Below are positions 42,565 to 51,338 of a stretch of 64,000 nt of DNA, piece after piece. Position 1 is the stretch's first letter. Each line of letters begins with the position of its first letter. Under the pieces are notes generated by a model. It was given only the letters and a program-made list of their open reading frames with translations. It did no database searches and had not been told where the DNA came from. The position numbers and the translations under genes are program-made. The stretch comes from an uncultured delta proteobacterium (lineage in GTDB: Bacteria; Desulfobacterota; Binatia; UBA9968): NCBI GenBank assembly GCA_963737905.1, contig CAVTUQ010000037.1, forward strand, positions 96,001 through 160,000, read 5' to 3'.

Positions 42565-42930
42565 ATGTCAAAGAAAATCGTTTTGGTGGTCGATGATACC
42601 GAATGGAACCGGGACTTGGTTGTCCAGCTCCTGGAGGATGACTATACCGTCTTGCAGGCCGTCGATGGTGAAGAGGCGGTGAGAAAGACTCAGGAGGATA
42701 AACCCGATCTCATTCTCATGGATCTTGGAATGCCGGTGATGGACGGCTGGGAGGCAACCCGGAAAATAAAAGCCAACGATGCTTTGAAGCATATCCCGAT
42801 TATCGCCGTCACGTCTCACGCTATGGTCGGCGACGAGATCGACGCGCGTAAAGCTGGCTGCGACGACTACCTTCCAAAACCGATCGATGAAAATGAACTC
42901 CTGAATAAGATCAAGAAGTTCCTCGCGTGA
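42565..42930 (+). CDS. Single-domain response regulator (DivK-like)
   Basis: VVDD, ILMDLGMPVMDG, AVTS, YLPKP. Confidence 0.92.
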   Translation: MSKKIVLVVDDTEWNRDLVVQLLEDDYTVLQAVDGEEAVRKTQEDKPDLILMDLGMPVMDGWEATRKIKANDALKHIPIIAVTSHAMVGDEIDARKAGCDDYLPKPIDENELLNKIKKFLA

Positions 42931-43095
42931 TCTTTAGACCTTCGGCTCGACTGCTCTCGACCTGAGCTCGGGTCGAAGGCAGGACAGGGTTAGATTGCTG
43001 ATTCTCGATTAGAATTGGGAAAGGCTATGAACAAAAGGTCGTCGCCGTTTTGACCGAAATACGAAAAAATCGAAAGTCCAAAATAAGGCTCTAGG

Positions 43096-44053
43096 ATGAA
43101 ACTTTTTAGGCTTATCGCGATCGCTGTGGCGCTTATGGTAGGCGCGGCTCTCGCCGGCGCCCAATTCCCCGCGTAGGGATCCTCTTTATTGGCGGTCGCG
43201 ATCAACCGCATCTTGAAGCGTTTAAACAAGGACTGCGCGATCGTGGATACGTAGAAGGTAAAAACATCGCTCTGGAATACCGTTATGCCGAAGGCAGAGA
43301 AGATCGACTCCCTGAGCTCGCTGCTGAGTTAGTTCAGGTCAAGGTCGACGTCATAGTTGTTACGGCCGATATTAGTGCTCAGGCGGCCCAACGGGCGACA
43401 AAGACTATACCCATCGTCGTGACAACCGGGGACCCAGTTACGTGGGGACTAGCCGACAGCTTGGCCAAACCGGGTGGCAACGTTACGGGGCTCAGTGTTC
43501 TTTTAGCGGATTTAAGCGGCAAGCGTGTGGAAATCCTTAAAGAGACTTTTCCAAAGTTGACTCGCGTGGCCGCCTTGTGGAACCCGACCGGAAGAGTAGC
43601 GTCGCCTGTATTTAAGGAAACCAGTGCGGCTGCGCAGGCTCTCTCTTTGCAGCTTCATTCCTTCGAGGTTCAAACGCTCCAAGATATTGAAAAGGCGCTC
43701 GTGGAGATACCAAAGCTACGGTCCACTGCGCTTCTCGTGCTTTTGACTCCCTTGGTAACTCTTCACTCGAAGCGGATTGTCGAGCTGGCGCTTAAGCAAC
43801 ATTTGCCTGGCATGTATCCGACGAGACAATTTGCGGAGGAAGGCGGCCTCATGGCCTATGGACCCCTAGTTGGTGATTTGTATCGACGCGCTGCCACCTA
43901 CGTAGACAAAATTCTCAAAGGCGCCAAGCCCGCCGACCTGCCCGTAGAGCAGCCGATGAGGTTCGAATTCATCATCAATCAAGACCGCCAAGCAGATTGG
44001 ATTAATCATTCCACCGAATGTATCTAGCGAGAGCGGATAGGGTCATAAAATGA
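43096..44053 (+). pseudogene. Frameshifted ABC_sub_bind paralog
   Basis: Signal peptide MKLFRLIAIAVALMVGAALAGAQ is out of frame with IPRVGILFIGG (~43163); further shifts at ~43980 and ~44022 break INLKTAKQIG and NVLARADRVIK. Confidence 0.8.
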
Positions 44054-44106
44054 CAGGCAGCAGTGAGCAGAAAACAGTAAACAGCAAAAAACGCGGACGA
44101 AATTCT

Positions 44107-45087
44107 ATGAGAAAGAAAATCATCCTCCTCGCATTAGGCACCATGCTCTTAGCTCTACGCGTTTCCGCCGAGGCGCAGCAACCAGCGAAATTTTCCCGGA
44201 TAGGCCTGTTGACGTGGGCAGCTTCCCCTCCACCCTCATCCCCTACACCCTTCGAACAAGGCTTGCGCCAATTGGGCTACGTGGAAGGTCAGAACATTGC
44301 TATTGAGCGGCGGTATGCGAATGGACAGCTGAACCGCCTTCCGGAACTCGCGGCCGACCTCGCGCGCCTCCCTCTAGACGTGATTTTGACGCAGTCCTTT
44401 CCGGCGGCTCTCGCCGCCAAGCAAGCGACCTACGACCATCCCCATCGTCGTCATGGGGGCCGGCGATCCGGTGGCGACTGGACTTGTCGCTAGCTTCGCC
44501 CGGCCAGGTGGAAACATCACCGGAGTGAGCGCCCTGGAAACGGAGCTGAGCGGCAAACGTCTGGAGCTGTTGAAAGAAGCCTTTCCCAAGTTAGCCCGCG
44601 TGGCGGTCCTCTGGAATGCGGCGGATCTTGGCATGACCCTTAAATTCGGTGAGCTGGAGCTAGCGGCGCAAGCATTGCGGGTGGCAGTGCAAGCGTTGGC
44701 GGTCCGTGAAGCCAAGGATTTCGACGGTGCTTTTCGGAGATGGTGCACAAGCGGCCGGATGCGCTGTTTGTCATCACCGACCCACTGACCCAGCTCAATC
44801 GGAAGCATCTTTTGGAATTGGCGACAAAGAGTCGGTTGCCGGCGATGTACGAAAATGCACCATACGTGGATGATGGCGGGCTCATGGCCTACGGACCGAG
44901 CCAGGCGGAGAACCTGCGAATAGCCCTCCAGCATGTCGACAAGATTCTTAAAGGCACTAAGCCGAGCGAGTTACCCATCGAGCAGCCGACGAAGTTCGAG
45001 TTCATCATCAATCTGAAGACGGCCAAGCAGATCGGCCTGACGATTCCGCCGAACGTGCTGGTGAGGGCGGACAAGGTGATCAGATGA
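44107..45087 (+). pseudogene. Frameshifted ABC_sub_bind paralog
   Basis: One protein split across track ORFs 44050, 44453 and 44740; shifts at ~44431 and ~44735. Confidence 0.8.
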
Positions 45088-45127
45088 CAGAGGTCAGAGA
45101 TCAGAAGTCAGCTGTCAGAAATCAGAG
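45086..45127. repeat. Heptamer array (RTCAGAR-like x6)
   Basis: gacagag gtcagag atcagaa gtcagct gtcagaa atcagag; begins in the stop codon. Confidence 0.7.
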
Positions 45128-45206
45128 CGCAGATCTTCGACTCAACTCAGGACCGGTTTTGGATTTTCACATGCCAATTTCGGATTGGAAGAAAAGAAAA
45201 GGAGAA

Positions 45207-46259
45207 ATGGCTATGGGTGAGACATTTTATGCGCGGTTTTTGAATTCTCGTATCATCAATCGAAAACCTGAAACCCAGAATGTAAAATTGTGCGCGCTTG
45301 CCCTGGGCGCCCTGTGTTTGGCCGTTTGCTTTCCAGTCCAGGCGCAACAGCCTGCAAAGATCTGGAAGATAGGTGTCCTCGTTTCCACCTCCCGCGCCCT
45401 GAACGCATCTCGCGACGACAGCCTGTGGCAGGGGTTACGCCAGCTGGGCTACGTCGAGGGCAAGAATGTCGCTATGGAGTACCGGTATGCCGATGGGCAA
45501 CTGGATCGCTTACCCCAGCTTGCTGCAGAGCTCGTCGGGCTCAAAGTTGATGTCATTGTTGTCTCCGGCACTAGGGCAGCGGTAGCTGCCAAACAAGCCA
45601 CCAGCACGATCCCGATCGTGCTCGCTGGCGTGGGCGATCCTGTTCAGGCTGGCCTCGTTAGCAGCTTCTCACGCCCGGGTAGTAACATTACCGGGGTGGC
45701 GAGGCTTTCACCGGATTTCATCGGTAAAAGAGTGGAACTGATCAAGGAAGTCATTCCCAAGACTAACCTCATCGCGACCCTTTCGAATCCGGATAATCCG
45801 GCGCAGGCAGCAAATCTGCGTCAGATCGACATCAAGGCACGAGCGTTGGCCATCCAACTTCAAATCGTGACGGCGCGAAGCCCCAATGAATTCGAAAGCG
45901 CATTCGCAGCTGCAACCAAAGCGCGGTCAGATGCTCTTTTGTTGATGCCCGATGCCCTCTTTCACACTTACCCGTCAAAGATTGTCGAACTCGCGGCTAA
46001 GAGCCGGCTGCCAGCGATGTACGACAGGTCCGACTTCGTTGATGCGGGCGGATTGATGAGCTTCGCCGTGAATATAGCAGACTTGTCCCGCCGTGCAGCC
46101 ACCTACGTGGACCAGATTCTTAAGGGTTCCAATCCCGCTAACCTGCCTGTGGAGGAGCCGACCAGGTACGATTTGGCCGTCAACCTCAACACCGCTCACG
46201 CTCTGGAGCTCGCGATTCCTCCGAACGTGCTTGTCCGGGCGGATAAAGTCGTCAAGTGA
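45207..46259 (+). CDS. ABC_sub_bind family substrate-binding protein
   Basis: AAGGAG RBS; GLRQLGYVEGKN, DPVQAGLV, GGLMSF, IPPNVLVRADKVVK. Confidence 0.88.
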   Translation: MAMGETFYARFLNSRIINRKPETQNVKLCALALGALCLAVCFPVQAQQPAKIWKIGVLVSTSRALNASRDDSLWQGLRQLGYVEGKNVAMEYRYADGQLDRLPQLAAELVGLKVDVIVVSGTRAAVAAKQATSTIPIVLAGVGDPVQAGLVSSFSRPGSNITGVARLSPDFIGKRVELIKEVIPKTNLIATLSNPDNPAQAANLRQIDIKARALAIQLQIVTARSPNEFESAFAAATKARSDALLLMPDALFHTYPSKIVELAAKSRLPAMYDRSDFVDAGGLMSFAVNIADLSRRAATYVDQILKGSNPANLPVEEPTRYDLAVNLNTAHALELAIPPNVLVRADKVVK

Positions 46260-46314
46260 GAAGAGGCAAGTGGCAAGTGTCGAGCGACAAGTGGATCGAG
46301 GCAGAAAAAGAACC

Positions 46315-46449
46315 ATGAAGAAAAAAATCACGCTTTTGCTCTTTGCGCTATGCTCTTTGCGCTTTGCCCTCCGGCCGAAAGCGGCCAAGCAAATCGGTCT
46401 GACGATTCCGCCGAACGTTTTAGCTAGAGCTGACAGAGTAATCCGATGA
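46315..46449 (+). pseudogene. ABC_sub_bind remnant with internal deletion
   Basis: Signal-peptide start MKKKITLLLFALCSLRFAL joined directly to the family C-terminal tail AAKQIGLTIPPNVLARADRVIR. Confidence 0.75.
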
Positions 46450-46546
46450 CCGAGCAACCTAAACTAGTACTGAGCCCGGTCAAAGTATCCAAAACGTGTG
46501 CTGAGCAAGCAAAGTCGAAGTATCGAAAATATAAAATGGTGGAGAT

Positions 46547-47632
46547 ATGCCGAATAAAATTCTAATTGTCGACGACGAGCCGTTTAATCTCGATCTGTTG
46601 GAGCAAGAGCTCGAGGACCAGAACTATACCATCGAGCGCGCCAACGATGGCGCCGAGGCGTTGGCAAAAGTTCCCTCCTTTGAACCCGACGTCATCCTGC
46701 TCGATTACATGATGCCCAAGATGAATGGACTGGAGGTTCTAAAGCACCTTAGAGAAGATGAAAAGCACAAGAGTATTCCCGTAATCCTGCTGACGGCGAA
46801 GGCAACTCAGGAAGACAAAGTTCGCGGCCTCGACGCCGGCGCGGACGACTACGTGATCAAACCGTTCGATTCCTTCGAGCTTTTGGCGCGGGTCCGCGCG
46901 ATGATGCGGATCAAACAGATGCATGACACGTTAGATGAATGGAATCGCTCGCTCACCGAAAAGGTCAAACAGCAAGTCGACGAGCTGCAACGGGTGAACC
47001 GGCTCAAACGGTACCTCTCCCCGCAGATTGCCGAAACGATCCTCGGAGAAAATGAAAATCTTTTCAAAAGCCACCGCCGTGAAATTACTGTCGTCTTCCT
47101 CGACCTGCGCGGCTTCACTGCGTTTTCCGATAGCGCCGAACCGGAGGAAGTCATGGAAGTGCTGCGCGGTTATCATGCCGCAATGGGGAAACTCATTTTT
47201 GAGTTTGGCGGAACCCTGGAGCGTTTCGCCGGTGACGGTATCATGATTTTCTTTAACGATCCGATTCCGTGCGACGATCATACCGAGAAAGCGGTCCGCA
47301 TGGCCTTGGCCATGCAAAACCAGGTTGAGGAGCTGCGCAAAGAGTGGCTCAAAAGAGGATATGACCTTGATTTGGGAATCGGGATGGCCGCCGGGTACGC
47401 CACCCTCGGTAATATTGGCTTTGAAGGACGCATGGATTACGGCGCCATCGGCAATGTTACCAATCTCGCCGCGCGCCTCTGCTCAGAGGCAAAAGCGCGT
47501 CAGATCCTCACCAACCAGAGAACCTTGAGCAAGATAGAAAATCTCGTCGGGTATGAGCCCCTGGAAGAACTCCAATTGAAGGGTGTCGCCCGTCCAGTGG
47601 CAGCTTTTAATATCGTGAAACTGAAGCCGTGA
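46547..47632 (+). CDS. Response regulator receiver-class III adenylate/guanylate cyclase
   Basis: REC domain followed by FLDLRGFT, RFAGDG, YGAIGNVTNLAARL. Confidence 0.92.
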   Translation: MPNKILIVDDEPFNLDLLEQELEDQNYTIERANDGAEALAKVPSFEPDVILLDYMMPKMNGLEVLKHLREDEKHKSIPVILLTAKATQEDKVRGLDAGADDYVIKPFDSFELLARVRAMMRIKQMHDTLDEWNRSLTEKVKQQVDELQRVNRLKRYLSPQIAETILGENENLFKSHRREITVVFLDLRGFTAFSDSAEPEEVMEVLRGYHAAMGKLIFEFGGTLERFAGDGIMIFFNDPIPCDDHTEKAVRMALAMQNQVEELRKEWLKRGYDLDLGIGMAAGYATLGNIGFEGRMDYGAIGNVTNLAARLCSEAKARQILTNQRTLSKIENLVGYEPLEELQLKGVARPVAAFNIVKLKP

Positions 47633-47639
47633 TGGGGCC

Positions 47640-47707
47640 TATAGCTTGTGGCTCATAGCATATGGTTCCTCGTTCCATTGATATGCCATACGCCATAAGC
47701 CATAGGC
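47640..47707. repeat. Heptamer inverted arrays (TATGGCT-like / CATAVGC)
   Basis: tatagct tgtggct catagca tatggtt ... gatatgc catacgc cataagc cataggc. Confidence 0.7.
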
Positions 47708-47763
47708 GATTTTCCGGCGACTTGACGCGGCTCCAGGCTCCGCCCTAGAATCCAGCCTTCCAC

Positions 47764-49107
47764 ATGCCAAACCGAATCTTGATCGTTGACGATGAGCCGC
47801 TGAATCTCGATCTCTTGGACCAGGAACTGGCGGACCTGGGCCATGTGACCGAACGGGCCATCGACGGATCCGAAGCCCTCGCAAAACTCGATGCTGCCAA
47901 TCCAGATCTCGTTTTACTGGATTATCAGATGCCGGGGATGAACGGCATCGAGGTTCTGAAGGAGATCCGCAAACGGGACCACAATTTGCCCGTAGTCATC
48001 ATCACCGCCTACGGTACCATTGAACGAGCCGTCGAAGCCGTAAAGGCGGGCGCCGACGACTTCATTACGAAACCCTTCGATCCGGAGCATCTCGCATTAG
48101 TGGTCAAGAAGGCGTTGGAACGAGCGCAGCTCCAATCCGAAGTGGAATTCTTCGCCCAAGAGCTTAGCGGACGCTATCGCCTCGTCGCAGGAAAGAATGC
48201 CTTGATGGTTCAGACGGTAGAGGAAGCAAAGAAGGCCGCAGGCAGCAAGTCCACGGTTTTGCTCCTGGGCGAGAGCGGCACCGGCAAGGAAATCTTCGCC
48301 CGGGCGATTCACGACTGGAGTGACCGGAGATTGAAGCCCTTCATCGCCATCAACTGTGTCGGGCTTGCCAAAGACCTTTTGGAGAGCGAGCTATTCGGTC
48401 ATGAGAAGGGTGCTTTCACCGGAGCTCATCAGCTCAAAAAGGGGAAAATGGAGCTGGCTGATGGCGGCACGGTGTTCCTGGACGAGGTCGGCGATATCGC
48501 GGCGGAGCTCCAGACCAAGCTTTTGCGTTTCCTTCAGGAGCGCGAGTTCGAACGCGTGGGCGGAACCGGGCCTATCACCGTGGACGTGAGAATCATTGCC
48601 GCGACGAATCGCGATCTTGAACAGGCGCTCAAGAACGGAACCTTTCGTGAAGATCTCTACCATCGCCTGAATGTTATCGCGATTACGCTGCCGCCTTTAC
48701 GGGAGAGAAAGGAGGATATCCCGATCCTGGCGAACTATTTTTTGCAACGGTTCTCGTCAGAGGCGAAAAAGAATTTCTCGGAAATCGCCGAGAGCACGCA
48801 GGAAAAACTCTTGGCTTACCGCTGGCCGGGGAACGTGCGCGAGCTTGCCAACGTTATCGAACGGGCAGTCGTTTTAGGGGACGGCCCGATATTGACCGTC
48901 CACCATCTACCGGTAAGGGTCATTGGCGGGCAACCGAGCAACAAGACTGAAGAATTGTCCTACCACGACGCCATCAATACCTACCGCCGCGAGCTGATCG
49001 TTACAGCGCTAGCCACTGCGCAGGGCAATCGTGCTGCGGCGGCCAAAGCGCTTGGCCTGCATAGAACTCATCTGCTGAAAATCATGAGAGCCCTTGCGAT
49101 CAACTAG
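47764..49107 (+). CDS. NtrC-family sigma54-dependent response regulator
   Basis: REC, GESGTGKE, ESELFGHEKGAFTGA, WPGNVREL, Fis-type HTH. Confidence 0.95.
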   Translation: MPNRILIVDDEPLNLDLLDQELADLGHVTERAIDGSEALAKLDAANPDLVLLDYQMPGMNGIEVLKEIRKRDHNLPVVIITAYGTIERAVEAVKAGADDFITKPFDPEHLALVVKKALERAQLQSEVEFFAQELSGRYRLVAGKNALMVQTVEEAKKAAGSKSTVLLLGESGTGKEIFARAIHDWSDRRLKPFIAINCVGLAKDLLESELFGHEKGAFTGAHQLKKGKMELADGGTVFLDEVGDIAAELQTKLLRFLQEREFERVGGTGPITVDVRIIAATNRDLEQALKNGTFREDLYHRLNVIAITLPPLRERKEDIPILANYFLQRFSSEAKKNFSEIAESTQEKLLAYRWPGNVRELANVIERAVVLGDGPILTVHHLPVRVIGGQPSNKTEELSYHDAINTYRRELIVTALATAQGNRAAAAKALGLHRTHLLKIMRALAIN

Positions 49108-49472
49108 TGAGGGCGTCAAGCGGGCGATGACTGTGGAGCATCGTAAATAACCCGCGCTCCCGATGAATTTGAACATTTTATGGCAGCTCACCCGGGCCGG
49201 CCCTCTGAATGAAGATCAGAGTGATTGAAACTCTACGGACGGGCATTTATATGATCCAGCGCCCCTATCGGATCCTAATTAAACACACAGAAGCAAACTG
49301 CAGTCCTACATTTCTTGCGTCCCGTGCTGGCGTGTTTGTCTGGTCGTTAATAAAACACGCTCTTATTATTTCTTTTCTCTAAATTCGTCTCTGACACCGT
49401 TGTTGTACTAAAATCCCGTTTAGGTGAAAATAAAAAAAATCAAAGAAAATTTTGTAAAATGATATTTTTTTC

Positions 49473-49502
49473 TTGACATACAATTTGTTGTGCCGTTATA
49501 AT
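49473..49502 (+). promoter_or_regulatory. Near-consensus sigma70 promoter
   Basis: TTGACA-18 bp-TATAAT preceded by an AT-rich UP-like tract. Confidence 0.8.
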
Positions 49503-49616
49503 CGCCGCACCTACAAAATGTGGGAGGGTTTTTTGAGATTATCTTTCTTAGCCTGAGCCAACACTTACTTCCTCTTACTAAAAGCCCACCGCATGGAATT
49601 TTAAAAGGAGGTACTT

Positions 49617-49667
49617 ATGGCAGTAAAGAAGAAAGCCAAGAAGAAAGCCAAAAAGAAAAAAAAGTAA
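49617..49667 (+). CDS. 16-aa Lys-rich peptide MAVKKKAKKKAKKKKK
   Basis: AAGGAGGT RBS just upstream of the ATG; own promoter and terminator; below the ORF-track cutoff. Confidence 0.7.
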   Translation: MAVKKKAKKKAKKKKK

Positions 49668-49751
49668 CTAAGTTTTGAGATGTGGGGTTGCGGCGGTGAA
49701 CTGAAACCCTCCTTTATCTCAGGCGCTCGGATAGCCGTTCTGGCTATCTAG

Positions 49752-49797
49752 AAAACAGAGCCCTCCGATCAGCCAAGTCGGGGGGCTCTGTTTTTTT
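49752..49797 (+). terminator. Strong intrinsic terminator
   Basis: AAAACAGAGCCCTCCGA...TCGGGGGGCTCTG followed by T7. Confidence 0.9.
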
Positions 49798-49838
49798 GGA
49801 TCTTTGCTATGTTTGGTCCATCCGGCTAAATAGCGGTA

Positions 49839-50654
49839 ATGAAACACCTCATCGCCGGATTGTCGGCGGAGCGGTACCCGCCCGAACAAGCGAAATTCAG
49901 GTCGCCATTGCTTCTGGTTCATGGTGTGTGGAGCGGAGCTTGGTGCTGGCAAAGCTGGGCCACCCATTTTTGCAACTTAGGATGGGAGTGCATCGCCATC
50001 GATCTGCGGCGGCGCTCTCCACAAAATCCAATGGGAAGCCTCCATAACCTCCGTTTCAACGACTGCATCCAAGATCTCGCAGCGTTTATTCATTCTTTTT
50101 CCATACCGCCGGTTTTGCTGGCAATGGATCTAGGTGCGCTAATGGCGCTCAAGGTTTGCGAGCAAAGCAAAAATTCCGCCCTTATTCTGGTGTCGCCCCC
50201 GTCACCGGGAAATCTGGCGGCCAGATCGCGGCCACAGCGCCTCCTGTGGCTCAAATATGGATTGCTGATTTTCTTGCAGCGGCCATTCCGAATCGACGAG
50301 AGGGACTTTCGCACTTATTTTTTAGCACCACTCCCTGAAAATCTCCAAAGTCGACTTAGCCGTCAGATAGTACCGGAACCCAGCGCGCTGGCTCGCGAGT
50401 TTCTCGTGCCGCGCGTCAACCTCGAGTCTGAGCCATTGAATTGCCCGATCCTGGTTTTGGGAGGCAGCGAAGATCGTATTACACCGCCAGCGACCAGCCG
50501 CCGAATAGCTGAGTGGCTTGGCGGAGAATTCAGAGAATATCCCGGCCAGGGCCATTGGCTGATCGAGATGAACAGCGAACCTATCGTACGGGATGTTCAT
50601 CGCTGGATCATCCAAAAGCTGGGTGAGAAAATTCTCCTTGCCGACTTTTCGTGA
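49839..50654 (+). CDS. Alpha/beta hydrolase fold protein
   Basis: LLVHGVWSGAWCW, AIDLR, VLGGSEDRI, YPGQGHW; nucleophile elbow reads AMDLG. Confidence 0.82.
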   Translation: MKHLIAGLSAERYPPEQAKFRSPLLLVHGVWSGAWCWQSWATHFCNLGWECIAIDLRRRSPQNPMGSLHNLRFNDCIQDLAAFIHSFSIPPVLLAMDLGALMALKVCEQSKNSALILVSPPSPGNLAARSRPQRLLWLKYGLLIFLQRPFRIDERDFRTYFLAPLPENLQSRLSRQIVPEPSALAREFLVPRVNLESEPLNCPILVLGGSEDRITPPATSRRIAEWLGGEFREYPGQGHWLIEMNSEPIVRDVHRWIIQKLGEKILLADFS

Positions 50655-50774
50655 GCCAGTTTCCGACCCTGATTCACTTTGCAGTATATTGCGTCGTCCT
50701 AAGGGGTCCGGTAAAGTAAGATGATTCCGCTGAAGAGCATTTCATAGGTTTTTTAGCAAAATCGTAAATCGTTT

Positions 50775-51338
50775 ATGCCGTCCACATTTTTAAAACGGTT
50801 CTGGGGTTTGCTTCTGCTGTTTTTGGCACTCGGGGCAGCGCCTGGGTGGGCTCAGTCGAAGATCAACTTCAAAGTGATCCCGATTCTCCAACCCATGAAA
50901 GAAGTCGCGCCGACACCTGACTTCAGTCTGGCCAACTCTGAAGGGAAAAAAATTTCTCTCAAGGACTTCAGGGGAAAAACCGTATTTCTTAACTTTTGGG
51001 CGACCTGGTGCGAGCCCTGCCGGGAAGAGATGCCGGCAATGGAAAAACTCTATCAGGATTACAAGAACAAGAACTTTGTGGTCCTGGCGATCAACGTCAA
51101 GGATCGGAGACAGGAGGCGCTGGCCTTCGTCAAAGAGCTCAAGTTGACTTACCCCGTAGCCTTCGACCCGAACGCAGAAGTGGCATCGCTATACGGCGCC
51201 TGGGGACTACCAACCACCTATCTAATCGGCCCCAAAGGGGAAGGACTGGCCCGCGGTTGGGGCCCCGCTGAATGGTACGGTCCAGCCTCTAAAAAACTGT
51301 TCCAAGAGTTGCTCGAAGAGCAGAATGGCCGACGTTAA
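50775..51338 (+). CDS. TlpA/ResA-family thiol-disulfide reductase
   Basis: Signal/anchor peptide, LNFWATWCEPCREEMP, GLPTTYLI. Confidence 0.92.
   Translation: MPSTFLKRFWGLLLLFLALGAAPGWAQSKINFKVIPILQPMKEVAPTPDFSLANSEGKKISLKDFRGKTVFLNFWATWCEPCREEMPAMEKLYQDYKNKNFVVLAINVKDRRQEALAFVKELKLTYPVAFDPNAEVASLYGAWGLPTTYLIGPKGEGLARGWGPAEWYGPASKKLFQELLEEQNGRR

Noticed and set aside
37791-47707. Short repeat arrays as CRISPR
   Set aside because: Units are 7 bp, degenerate and contiguous, with no unique spacers; no cas genes
49110-49430. Intergenic stretch after the NtrC-type gene
   Set aside because: No convincing ORF, repeat or stable structure found by eye
49617-49667. Poly-Lys ORF as a lysine attenuator leader or tmRNA tag
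   Set aside because: The downstream gene is not involved in lysine metabolism, the terminator is ~85 nt away, and there are no tRNA-like ends or ANDxxxAA tag; attenuation is disfavoured but not excluded
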